Virus record (IMG/VR): IMGVR_UViG_3300034130_000039 | Coordinates: 1 to 43,597 of that record | Length of the DNA stretch: 43,597 nt | DNA from: a virus | Taxonomy: Duplodnaviria; Caudoviricetes | Reading direction: 5' to 3' (one strand) | In this document: positions 26,100 through 34,688 of the stretch, piece after piece | Position numbering within the stretch: position 1 is the first letter of the stretch | How the letters are laid out: the number at the start of each line of letters is the position of its first letter | Position numbers and translations under genes: made by a program | Notes under the pieces: generated by a model | The model's input: the letters and a program-made list of their open reading frames with translations, nothing else | Databases searched by the model: none | Told to the model about the DNA's origin: nothing

Positions 26100-26791
26100 T
26101 GCTTCTTTCACTTCCTGTGACTGAGACGGCTTCGCGCGTCCTAACCCCGCGCCCGATGCGGGAGGCGCCCCGGCCCAGCGTCGTAAGGTCCCTCCCCCGT
26201 GCGTATGATCATCTTCTGTCGGTCGAAGCACTGGCGGCGGAACGGCGGCGGCGCTTCATCGAAAACGACCCGCTCCTTCGCGGCGGCGATACGAGCTGGT
26301 TTGCGCTGCGCGTGAAAAGCAACATGGAGTTCAAAGTTCGCGCCTCGCTCCAGGGTTTCTTGATCGAAACGTTCCTGCCGACATGGTCGGAGGACGTGCG
26401 GTGGTCGGATCGCGTAAAGCGCACCGAGCGGCCATTATTCCCCGGCTACCTTTTCGTTCGCATCGCGCCTGGCCCCGACTTCTATCGGTCGATTCAAACG
26501 CGAGGAGTCATTCAAATTTTGCCCAACTCGTTTAACCCCGCGCCGATCGACGAAAAAGAAATCGAAGCCGTGCGGCTCGTCGTGGCTTCCAAGCTACACA
26601 CCGCGCCCTGCTCGTTTGAGGCGGGCGAGCTGGTCACCATCGAAAGCGGACCGCTGGCGGGCGTGAAAGGCGTAATCACGAAAACGAAAGGCGCGCTGCG
26701 CGTCGTCGTTTCGGTCGAACTCTTGCGGCGCTCGATCGCGGTCGAACTCGACGCGGACACCCTACTTAAAGTGCAGGTAGAGGCGGCATGA
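26096..26791 (+). CDS. NusG paralogue (UpxY/LoaP/RfaH-like) transcription antiterminator
   Basis: NGN domain WFALRVKSNME...FLP....WSDR....PLFPGYLFV; KOW domain GELVTIESGPLAGVKG. Confidence 0.9.
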   Translation: MVLLSLPVTETASRVLTPRPMREAPRPSVVRSLPRAYDHLLSVEALAAERRRRFIENDPLLRGGDTSWFALRVKSNMEFKVRASLQGFLIETFLPTWSEDVRWSDRVKRTERPLFPGYLFVRIAPGPDFYRSIQTRGVIQILPNSFNPAPIDEKEIEAVRLVVASKLHTAPCSFEAGELVTIESGPLAGVKGVITKTKGALRVVVSVELLRRSIAVELDADTLLKVQVEAA

Positions 26792-26916
26792 CCATCAAGG
26801 AAACTCTCGAAGTGTGGGCGATCTATGGCGGCGGCGCCTTTTCGCTGTGGGCGGCCACGTGTGTTTTCACGGCGTATATGACCGCGAAGTTTCTGCAGCA
26901 CTGGATCAAGAAATGA
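26788..26916 (+). CDS. 42-aa TM peptide (holin candidate)
   Basis: MTIKETLEVWAIYGGGAFSLWAATCVFTAYMTAKFLQHWIKK; coupled at both ends. Confidence 0.5.
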   Translation: MTIKETLEVWAIYGGGAFSLWAATCVFTAYMTAKFLQHWIKK

Positions 26917-27107
26917 CGCCAGCTCAACGAACGCGAATCGCCCGCAGCATCGCCACGCCCCCGGTCGCGCCGCCTCAAGAGCCCGCGCCGTTCGTGTTCC
27001 CCGACCTGCGCGCCCTCGAACAAATGCGCGAGCGCCTGTTCACTCTGCCAACCTCCGATCCGTTCGGCGACGACGAAGAGGATGAAGAGGAAGACGCGAT
27101 CTTATGA
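26913..27107 (+). CDS. Hypothetical protein with acidic tail
   Basis: ATGA-coupled at both ends. Confidence 0.55.
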   Translation: MTPAQRTRIARSIATPPVAPPQEPAPFVFPDLRALEQMRERLFTLPTSDPFGDDEEDEEEDAIL

Positions 27108-27466
27108 CGCTCGCGGAAGCTATCGCGCGGCAGGAAGGATTCGGAAAACCGAAAACCATCGCCACGCTGAACCACAACCCCGGCAACATCATCGCCGGCG
27201 CTTTCTCGGCGGGCACGGGCGCGACGGGAAAGGTCCACGGCTATGCCGTCTATCCGACCGATGCGTTCGGCTGGGCGGCGCTGACGGAGCTGCTCACCGG
27301 GCCCGGCTACCGCGGCCTAAACGTCGAGCAGGCCATCAACAAGTTCTGCCCGCCGCCCGATGGCTCGGCACTGACCGCGGGCAACGAACCGGACGTCTAC
27401 GTCCAGAACGTTTGCGCCTGGCTCGGCGTCTCGCCTTCGACGCCCATCGCGGGGCTGCTCGCATGA
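27104..27466 (+). CDS. Lysozyme-like endolysin candidate (NPGNI family)
   Basis: AIARQEG...NHNPGNI...YAVYPT...GWAAL...INKFCPP...N.PDVYV. Confidence 0.7.
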   Translation: MTLAEAIARQEGFGKPKTIATLNHNPGNIIAGAFSAGTGATGKVHGYAVYPTDAFGWAALTELLTGPGYRGLNVEQAINKFCPPPDGSALTAGNEPDVYVQNVCAWLGVSPSTPIAGLLA

Positions 27467-27558
27467 GGCAATTCTTAACAGTGTTCGCCGGCGCTTTTCT
27501 CGGGAGCGCGCTGTGCATCTTGTTCTTCCGATCGCTCGCCATGAAAGGCTGGCTGTGA
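27463..27558 (+). CDS. 31-aa TM peptide
   Basis: MRQFLTVFAGAFLGSALCILFF; coupled. Confidence 0.5.
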   Translation: MRQFLTVFAGAFLGSALCILFFRSLAMKGWL

Positions 27559-27764
27559 AAAGTCTGTCGAAAATCACGGGCCCGATCCCGTGCTGGAAAT
27601 GCGGACAAGCACTGCCCGAGGAACGGACCGGCGGATTGTGCGCCGGCTGCTATCTGGACGGGCCGCGGCCTCTCGGCGGTTCCTACCAGCAGGCCCTGCT
27701 CGATGGGGACAGAATCTTCGCGGGACTTTGCGCGCGCACGCTGCCGGCTCCGAGGTGTGCCTGA
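27555..27764 (+). CDS. Small zinc-ribbon protein
   Basis: CWKC...CAGC; GTGA-coupled. Confidence 0.5.
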   Translation: MKSLSKITGPIPCWKCGQALPEERTGGLCAGCYLDGPRPLGGSYQQALLDGDRIFAGLCARTLPAPRCA

Positions 27765-28042
27765 TGCCCTGGCTGTCGAATAAATCTTACGCGCGGCTGA
27801 CCCGCGACATCGACGACCTCGGCCACCGGCTCTACGAAGCGCTCCAAAGGGGTGCCGAATTGAGCGACAAAAACGCGCGCCTCGTGGCCCGCGTCCGTTC
27901 GGCCGAACGCCGCGTCCAGGAACTCACACTGCTCTGCGGCATGAAGGGCTACGCCGTCGAAATGACGCCCGACACGCCGGCCACGCCGTTCATACCGGGC
28001 GTGCCGACGTTGACCAAAATTCAAAAAGGAAACCAACCATGA
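27764..28042 (+). CDS. Coiled-coil hypothetical protein
   Basis: GAGGT RBS; TGATG-coupled. Confidence 0.6.
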   Translation: MPWLSNKSYARLTRDIDDLGHRLYEALQRGAELSDKNARLVARVRSAERRVQELTLLCGMKGYAVEMTPDTPATPFIPGVPTLTKIQKGNQP

Positions 28043-28251
28043 ACCCCGAAGACAACCAGCAGACCCAGGCGCCGATTGAGGTGTCGCCTTCCCTCGGCGC
28101 CGCGATCAACGCGCTCGGCCTTGCCGAAACCGCGCTCAATGGCGACCCGGCCGGCATGTCCGACGACGAACTCGCCGACTACAAGATTCTCTACGCGGCC
28201 GTGACCACGATTCAGGGCCTCGTCACGAAGTACCAGGCCAAGGGCGAGTAA
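28039..28251 (+). CDS. Hypothetical protein
   Basis: AAGGA RBS. Confidence 0.7.
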   Translation: MNPEDNQQTQAPIEVSPSLGAAINALGLAETALNGDPAGMSDDELADYKILYAAVTTIQGLVTKYQAKGE

Positions 28252-29865
28252 TTGGCCGCAAGCACAAAACGCCAGCTCGGACAAGTCCGAGCTTGTCCGA
28301 GTCGGTCCGAGTTGGCGTCCGGGTTGGCCATCGAGCTGTGGCCGATCGCCCGGCCGCAACCGTATGCGAAGAACGCTCGCACGGTGACCGCGCGGGCGAT
28401 CGATAGCGTGGCGGCTAGTCTTCAGGAATTCGGCTGGCGGCAGCCCATCGTGGTGGACGCGAAGGACGTCATCGTGGCGGGCCACAAGCGGCTGCTCGCG
28501 GCTCAGAAGCTCGGCATGACCGAGGTTCCAGTCCACGTGGCGGCCGGCCTCACCGCGGCGCAGTGCAAGGCCTACCGGCTCATGGACAATCGCTCGAACC
28601 AGAACAGCGAGTGGGACATGGAGCTGCTCCAGTCCGAGATGCAGGAAATGGTCGGAAAAATTGACCTTTCTCTCACCGGATTTGAAGCTGAAGAAATCCG
28701 GCGAATGCTCGAAGAATCGTCGGCGGCCGATCCGGACGCCAGTCCGGACCCGCCGGCGGCGCCCGTATCGCGCACTGGCGACCTGTGGCAGCTCGAAGGG
28801 CACCGGGCCCTTTGTGGCGACTCGACCAAGCCCGCGGACGTGGCACGGCTCGCGGAAGGCGCCGTCTCGTGCCTTTTGCACGCGGACCCGCCGTATGGAA
28901 TGGGCAAGGAAGCGGTCGGCGTCGAAAACGACAATCTGAACCAGGCGGACCTGGCGACGTTCCAAATGCTGTGGTGGGCGGCTTACCGGCCGTTCCTCAC
29001 CGCCAACGCCAGCGTCTACGTGTGGGGCTCACCGGCCGGCCTGTGGCGGCTCTGGTACTCGGGCGGCTTGCAGGCGTCGGAACGCATGACGCTCCGCAAC
29101 GAGATCGTGTGGGACAAGGGCGCCGGCCGCGGTCAGAACTCCGACGAGATGCGCAGCTACGCGGTCATGACCGAGCGGTGCCTGTTCTTCATGCTGGGCG
29201 AGCAAGGTTTCGGCAACACGAACATGGAGGACTACTGGGAAGGGTTCGAGCCGATCCGCGGCTGGATGGAGCAACAGGCCGGTTTGATGAAGTGGGGCCC
29301 GCGGGACGTTCGACGCATCACCGGCGTCGGCATGTTCTCGCACTGGTTTTCGAAATCGCAATGGGTGATGATCCCCGAGGTGCATTACGCGAAGCTACAG
29401 GCCGCGGCCAACGGCAACGCGTTCAAGCGACCCTACGCGAAGTTGCGCGCGCTCTACGACGGCGGGCTCGCCGACGACGGGCACCTGGCGGCGAAGCAGG
29501 AGTTTTACGGAACGCGGGCGTTTTTCGACAACACCCACGACAACATGAACGAAATATGGTCGTTCCCGCCGGTACTCGGTGAGGAGCGGCAAGGTCACGC
29601 CACGCCGAAGCCGGTCGACCTGATAGCGCGTGCCGTCAAGTCATCGGCGCCGGCCGGCGAAGTGGTACTCGAGCCGTTCGGCGGAAGTGGATCCACTTTG
29701 ATCGCGTGCGAGAAATCCGGCCGGCGCTGCTACTCGATGGAACTCGACCCCGGCTACGTCGACGTCGTCGTTATGCGGTGGGAGAAATTCACCGGCAAGA
29801 AAGCCACGCTCGGCGGACGAACGTTCGAGCAAGTCGCGGCCGATCGCGCGAAAGGGAAAAAATAA
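28252..29865 (+). CDS. ParB-N domain fused to N6/N4 DNA methyltransferase
   Basis: PYAKNAR...FGWRQPIVVD....VAGHKR; DPPY; HATPKP; EPFGGSGST. The start may be TTG 28312 or 28324. Confidence 0.9.
   Translation: MAASTKRQLGQVRACPSRSELASGLAIELWPIARPQPYAKNARTVTARAIDSVAASLQEFGWRQPIVVDAKDVIVAGHKRLLAAQKLGMTEVPVHVAAGLTAAQCKAYRLMDNRSNQNSEWDMELLQSEMQEMVGKIDLSLTGFEAEEIRRMLEESSAADPDASPDPPAAPVSRTGDLWQLEGHRALCGDSTKPADVARLAEGAVSCLLHADPPYGMGKEAVGVENDNLNQADLATFQMLWWAAYRPFLTANASVYVWGSPAGLWRLWYSGGLQASERMTLRNEIVWDKGAGRGQNSDEMRSYAVMTERCLFFMLGEQGFGNTNMEDYWEGFEPIRGWMEQQAGLMKWGPRDVRRITGVGMFSHWFSKSQWVMIPEVHYAKLQAAANGNAFKRPYAKLRALYDGGLADDGHLAAKQEFYGTRAFFDNTHDNMNEIWSFPPVLGEERQGHATPKPVDLIARAVKSSAPAGEVVLEPFGGSGSTLIACEKSGRRCYSMELDPGYVDVVVMRWEKFTGKKATLGGRTFEQVAADRAKGKK
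28270..28328. repeat. GTCCGAG array with 10-bp period plus an inverted copy
   Basis: GTCCGAG at 28285, 28295 and 28305; GTCCGGG at 28317; CTCGGAC at 28276. Confidence 0.7.
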
Positions 29866-30020
29866 TGCTCATCCTGATTCTTCTCCTGCTCCTGCTATTC
29901 GGCGGCGGGTTCGGCTACTACGGCTACGGCGCGTGGGGCCCGGGCGCCGGCGGCGGCATCGGCCTCGGAACGATTCTGATTATCGTCGTCGTGTTTCTGC
30001 TCTTGCGTAGCGCGACGTGA
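29865..30020 (+). CDS. DUF3309-like small membrane protein
   Basis: MLILILLLLLLFGGGFGYYGY...GGIGLGTILII. Confidence 0.7.
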   Translation: MLILILLLLLLFGGGFGYYGYGAWGPGAGGGIGLGTILIIVVVFLLLRSAT

Positions 30021-30514
30021 GCCCGGCAGTCGCAAAGGCGCGCGCGTTCCTGGCGGCCTACAAGCTCACCGGCTCGGTAACACGCGCCGCGGACGCGGTA
30101 AAAATCGACCGCGCGCTCCATTATCGGTGGCTCCACCAGTCACCGAAATATGCTGGCGCCTTCAGGCGGGCCTCCGAGGAATTCGCGGACGCGCTCGAAG
30201 GCGAAGCGATCCGGCGCGCCAACGAAGGCGTGCTCGAAGCGGTGTTTTATCAGGGCGCTCCCTGTGGCGCGATCCGCGTCTACTCGGACGGCCTCACACA
30301 ATTTCTGCTGAAGGGAATGAAACCGGAAAAGTATTCCACGCGCGTTTCGGCCGAAGTGACCGGACCAGGCGGCGGCCCGATCCAGGTGACCATCCCCGAA
30401 CTCGCCGCGCTCACCGATGACGAACTCGACGCTCTTCTCGCAATTAACGCAAAACTGGATTCCGCCCGAGGACGTGCGGGCGGAAAAGACGCGCAGAAGC
30501 CGACGCAAGATTGA
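30017..30514 (+). CDS. terS: Terminase small subunit
   Basis: FLAAY..TG.V..AA....I.R...Y.W HTH; LE.EA.RRA.EG; YSD.L..FLLKG..PEKY; precedes TerL. Confidence 0.85.
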   Translation: MSPAVAKARAFLAAYKLTGSVTRAADAVKIDRALHYRWLHQSPKYAGAFRRASEEFADALEGEAIRRANEGVLEAVFYQGAPCGAIRVYSDGLTQFLLKGMKPEKYSTRVSAEVTGPGGGPIQVTIPELAALTDDELDALLAINAKLDSARGRAGGKDAQKPTQD

Positions 30515-31922
30515 CACGTTTTATCGCGACACCGGCCCGCTTCGCCGCGAGCTTTACGTCAAGCACCAAGAGTTTTTCGCGGCGGGCCTGAAACACACCG
30601 AGCGGCTCGCAATTTGCGGAAATCGAGTCGGCAAATCGGAAGGCCTGGGCGCGTATGAGATGAGCGTTCATGCCACCGGCCAGTATCCGCACTGGTGGAA
30701 GGGCAGGCGCTTCGATCACGCGATTCGAGCGTGGGTCGCAGGCAAGACAGGCGAGACGACGCGCGACATCATGCAGCAAAAGCTGCTCGGACAAATTGAG
30801 CGGTCACGAGACGCGCGCGGATTCAATGTGGGGCTCGGAACCGGGATGATCCCCGGCGACGCCATTGTGAGCACCACGCCGAAATCGGGCGGCATCGCAA
30901 ACGCCATCGACACGGTTTCGGTGCGGCACGTCAGCGGCGGAATTTCGACCATCGGGTTCAAGTCCTACGGCAAGGACCGCGACTCGTTCGAAGGAACTGA
31001 ACGTGACGCAATTTTGCTAGATGAAGAGCCGCCCAAAGAAGTTTACGACGAGTGCCTGATGCGCACGATGTCGACCGTGCCGGGTAAAGAGAGCGGCTTG
31101 TTACTGATCACGTTCACGCCGATTGAGGGCGACACCGAGATCGTTCGCACGTTCCTCGAAAACGACGGCGAGGACCCGGATAAGTATTTCGTCCAGATCA
31201 CCTGGGCGGACGCTCCGCACATCACGGAAGCCGAAATTTTGAAGATGAGCAGGAAGTACCTGCCATCGCAATTGCGCGCGCGATCGCAGGGCGAGCCCGC
31301 GCTGGGAGAAGGCGCTATCTACCCCATCGACGTGGAAGAACTGCTGGTCGACGACCTGCCGATCCCGAAGCACTGGCGGCGCGGATGGGCCATCGATTTC
31401 GGCAAGACCGCCGTCGTGTGGGGCGCGATCAACCCCGACACCGACGTGCTCTATCTCTATCGCGAGTATTACAGCGAAGAGTACAACGTGCTGCTGCACG
31501 CCACCGCGATCAAGGGAATTTCGGGCGAGGACGCATGGATACCGGGCGTCGGCGATCCCGCCGGCGGGCAGTCGTCGCAGATCGACGGACAAAAGCTCAT
31601 CGAGCTGTATCGCGGCCACGGCCTCGACCTGGTGGAAGCCGGTCACAAGCTCGTCGAGTCGGGGATAGCCGAAGTGTGGGAGCGCATGGTCACCGGCCGC
31701 TTCAAGGTGTTCCGCTCGCTGACGAAATGGCAGAGCGAGTTTTCGCGCTACCACCGGCGCAAGAAGGAAACCGAACTCGGAATGCAAAGCAAGATCGTCA
31801 AGAAATTTGACCATTTCCTCGACGCAACCCGCTACATGATCACCGATGGCCTCGACCGCATGATTACCAAACCCGTGCCGATCGCGTATCGGCCGCCGCA
31901 GTCCCGCGGCGTCTGGAGCTGA
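30417..31922 (+). CDS. terL: Terminase large subunit (P22-like, headful)
   Basis: Walker A GNRVGKS, Walker B LLDEEPP, TFTP, AIDFG and DHFLDATRY. Confidence 0.95.
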   Translation: MTNSTLFSQLTQNWIPPEDVRAEKTRRSRRKIDTFYRDTGPLRRELYVKHQEFFAAGLKHTERLAICGNRVGKSEGLGAYEMSVHATGQYPHWWKGRRFDHAIRAWVAGKTGETTRDIMQQKLLGQIERSRDARGFNVGLGTGMIPGDAIVSTTPKSGGIANAIDTVSVRHVSGGISTIGFKSYGKDRDSFEGTERDAILLDEEPPKEVYDECLMRTMSTVPGKESGLLLITFTPIEGDTEIVRTFLENDGEDPDKYFVQITWADAPHITEAEILKMSRKYLPSQLRARSQGEPALGEGAIYPIDVEELLVDDLPIPKHWRRGWAIDFGKTAVVWGAINPDTDVLYLYREYYSEEYNVLLHATAIKGISGEDAWIPGVGDPAGGQSSQIDGQKLIELYRGHGLDLVEAGHKLVESGIAEVWERMVTGRFKVFRSLTKWQSEFSRYHRRKKETELGMQSKIVKKFDHFLDATRYMITDGLDRMITKPVPIAYRPPQSRGVWS

Positions 31923-31929
31923 CAGTTCT

Positions 31930-32226
31930 ATGACTTCCGCAATTCTGCTCGCGATTATTCAATCGCAGATCAACCTCTTCGAATCGCTGATCGCGTCCCA
32001 AACGCCGGCGCAAAAGCTGCTGATGTGGGACCGCTACATCACGCTCACCGCGCCGATCCACGCGCTGCTGATGCGCATTGAGAAGGTCACGCCCGAGGAA
32101 ATCGCCGCAACGAACGCCGCAACGCTCGCTGCACTGGGCGGAACGATTGTCGCGCCGCCGGCGCCGCTGTTCAACACCGGCACCGCGGCGGCGGCGCCGG
32201 CCGCGAATCCGGCGGCGCCGAAATGA
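31930..32226 (+). CDS. Hypothetical protein
   Basis: GGAG RBS; between TerL and portal. Confidence 0.65.
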   Translation: MTSAILLAIIQSQINLFESLIASQTPAQKLLMWDRYITLTAPIHALLMRIEKVTPEEIAATNAATLAALGGTIVAPPAPLFNTGTAAAAPAANPAAPK

Positions 32227-32393
32227 ACATGCGCCTCGCCAAAGCGGACGGAGCACTCCAATTGGTGTGCGCGAAGTGTACCTACTTCGACCTGTTCCCC
32301 GGCGAGGACAAGCGAGCGGCTGAAATCTCCGCGACTGAAAAGGGCTGGACCCGGAAGAAAGGCAAGATCATTTGCCCGCGGTGCTCGAAGTGA
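32223..32393 (+). CDS. 56-aa zinc-finger protein
   Basis: CAKC...KGW.....ICPRC; ATGA-coupled. Confidence 0.6.
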   Translation: MNMRLAKADGALQLVCAKCTYFDLFPGEDKRAAEISATEKGWTRKKGKIICPRCSK

Positions 32394-32403
32394 GGTTGAA
32401 CTG

Positions 32404-34680
32404 ATGAACGACGAAGCCCTCCTGGACGAAATCAAAACCACCTTCGACTCTGATGTTTTGGAATGGGCTGATATCCGCACAGAGGGCAACGAGGACATGC
32501 GCTATATCGCGGACGGCCCGTGGACCGCGCAGGAGCGTAAGGACCGCAAAGCCGCCGACCGGCCGTGCCTGGTCTTCGACGAGCTGAGTCAATACACCTC
32601 GCAGGCCATCGGCGATATGCGCCAGAACAAGCGCGCCATCAAGGTCACCCCGAAGGGCAACGGCGCCACCGACGCCACCGCGCAAAAGCGCGCCGGCATG
32701 ATTCGGCAGATTGAGTACGAGTCGGTCGCCCAAATCGCCTACGCCACCGGGTTCGAATCCATGATCAAGCGCGGCTACGGCTACTGGAAGCTGACCACGC
32801 AATACAGCGGGCAGGGAGACAGCTTCGACCAGGAGCTGCTTATTCAGGCGATCGCCAACCCCGACACCTGTTACCTCGATCCGTTCGCCAAAAAAAGCGA
32901 CTGGTCCGACATGGGCCACGGCTTCCTGCTCGACTTTTTCAGCGAGAAGGCCTTCAAAAACCGATGGCCCGACGCCGAAATTCAGAGCTTCGAGGGTGAA
33001 CACATCCTCACCGCGCCGGCGTGGATTAAAGACAAGCGGATCCAGGTCGCGGAATACTGGCGCCTGGAAAAGAAATCGCGCGAGCTGCTCCTGCTCGACA
33101 CCGGCGACAAGGCCAACCCGCAGAAGATTTTTCTCGACGAGCTGCCCGAGGGCGCAAAAGTCAAAGACTCGAAAGTCCGGATCACGCTCAACGGCGCCAC
33201 TCACGACGTCCCGTTGCTCAATCACCGCAAGACCGAAACGCCGACTGTGATGCAGTACATCACCAACGGCCTCGAAATTCTGGAGCGGAACAAAACGAAG
33301 TGGAAAGAGGTCCCGATCATTCCAGTGTTCGGGCCCGAAGAATACGTCGACGACGGCGGCGGCTCGAAAAAGCGGCTGCTCTCGATGGTGAGAAAAGCGC
33401 GCGATTCCTACAAGGCCTACTGCTACGCGAAGACCAACGAAGTCGAAGTGATGGGCATGGTCCCGAAGGTCCTTTACATGGGCTACGAGGGCCAGTTCGA
33501 CACGAAAACGCCGTGGGCGGACGTGAACAAGCAGGCGCTCGCATACGGCGAAGTGAAAGCATTGACCGCGGCGACCGGCAAGGAAGTCCTGCCGCTCCCG
33601 CAGCGGCAACTCTACGACCCGCCACTTCAGGCGATGGAGATGGCGGCCAGCTCCTTCCGGCTTGCGGTGCAAAGCGCGATGGGCGTCGGCAACGGCATGG
33701 TCAACGGCAAGGGCGGCCAGAACTTCGACGCGAAGTCGGGCAAGGCCATCGACGCGCTCGACCGGCAGGAAGCGCAAGGCGTCTACCAGTTCATCGGCAA
33801 TTTCGAACGTGGCCTGGAGCGCACCGGACGCATGGCCGACGATGCACTCGACTGGGTGTATGACACGGCCCGCGAAGTCGGAACGCGCGCGCCCGACGAC
33901 ACGTATTCGGCCGAGAAGATTAACCAGCCCGTCCAGAACCCGCAGACCGGCGAGACAACGCAGTTCAATACGGCCGATGGCGATCACGGCACGACGATAA
34001 GCGTGGGCCCATCCGAACAATCGACGCGCGACGCGGCCGACGATTTCGTCGAATCGCTCATCGGCATGAAAGGATGCCCGCCGAAAATTCTGGCGCTCGC
34101 GGTCAAGCTCAAGAACCTGGGACCGATCGGCGACGAGATCGCGGAAGCGTTCGACCCTGGCGACCAGGAGATTCCGGCCGCCGCTCAACAGCAAATGGCC
34201 GGCATGAAGCAGGAACTCGACAAGGCGCACGCCCTGGCGCAGAGCCTGTTTGAAAAAATTCAGACCAAACAACCCGAGCTGCAGGTCCGGATCCAGATCG
34301 CGACGATGCAGGAAGAAACGAAGCGGGTCCTGGGCTTGGCGACGATCAACGCAGAGCAGGCACAACAGAAGCTCGACAAGGAATTGGGCATCGTCAACGA
34401 CAAGCTGGACCGGATACACGCCGGCAACATGCTGATGCAGGAACACGCGAACGCGAAAGATTTGCAGCAAGGCCAGCAGGCTGGCGATGCGCAAGCGCAG
34501 GCGGCAGATCATGGCGCCGCGGCAAGTGCGCAGGCCTCCGACCAGGCGGCCGACGCGGCCTCACAGGACAGCGCGCAGGGCCATCAGGCGACGCAGGCGA
34601 CGCAGGCGCAGGGCGCCGCCGCCGACGCGCAGCAGAGCGCGCAGGACGCCGCGGCCCAACAAGCCGACGAAGCGGCCTAA
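32404..34680 (+). CDS. Portal protein (P22 gp1-like)
   Basis: D.RY..GPW...R....RPCL; RQN...IKV.P; GYGYW; IPVFG; SGKAI; Gln/Ala-rich helical tail. Confidence 0.93.
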   Translation: MNDEALLDEIKTTFDSDVLEWADIRTEGNEDMRYIADGPWTAQERKDRKAADRPCLVFDELSQYTSQAIGDMRQNKRAIKVTPKGNGATDATAQKRAGMIRQIEYESVAQIAYATGFESMIKRGYGYWKLTTQYSGQGDSFDQELLIQAIANPDTCYLDPFAKKSDWSDMGHGFLLDFFSEKAFKNRWPDAEIQSFEGEHILTAPAWIKDKRIQVAEYWRLEKKSRELLLLDTGDKANPQKIFLDELPEGAKVKDSKVRITLNGATHDVPLLNHRKTETPTVMQYITNGLEILERNKTKWKEVPIIPVFGPEEYVDDGGGSKKRLLSMVRKARDSYKAYCYAKTNEVEVMGMVPKVLYMGYEGQFDTKTPWADVNKQALAYGEVKALTAATGKEVLPLPQRQLYDPPLQAMEMAASSFRLAVQSAMGVGNGMVNGKGGQNFDAKSGKAIDALDRQEAQGVYQFIGNFERGLERTGRMADDALDWVYDTAREVGTRAPDDTYSAEKINQPVQNPQTGETTQFNTADGDHGTTISVGPSEQSTRDAADDFVESLIGMKGCPPKILALAVKLKNLGPIGDEIAEAFDPGDQEIPAAAQQQMAGMKQELDKAHALAQSLFEKIQTKQPELQVRIQIATMQEETKRVLGLATINAEQAQQKLDKELGIVNDKLDRIHAGNMLMQEHANAKDLQQGQQAGDAQAQAADHGAAASAQASDQAADAASQDSAQGHQATQATQAQGAAADAQQSAQDAAAQQADEAA

Positions 34681-34688
34681 CACGATTT

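Noticed and set aside
32368-34512. 714-aa minus-strand ORF
   Set aside because: Antisense shadow of the portal gene in high-GC DNA; no motifs.
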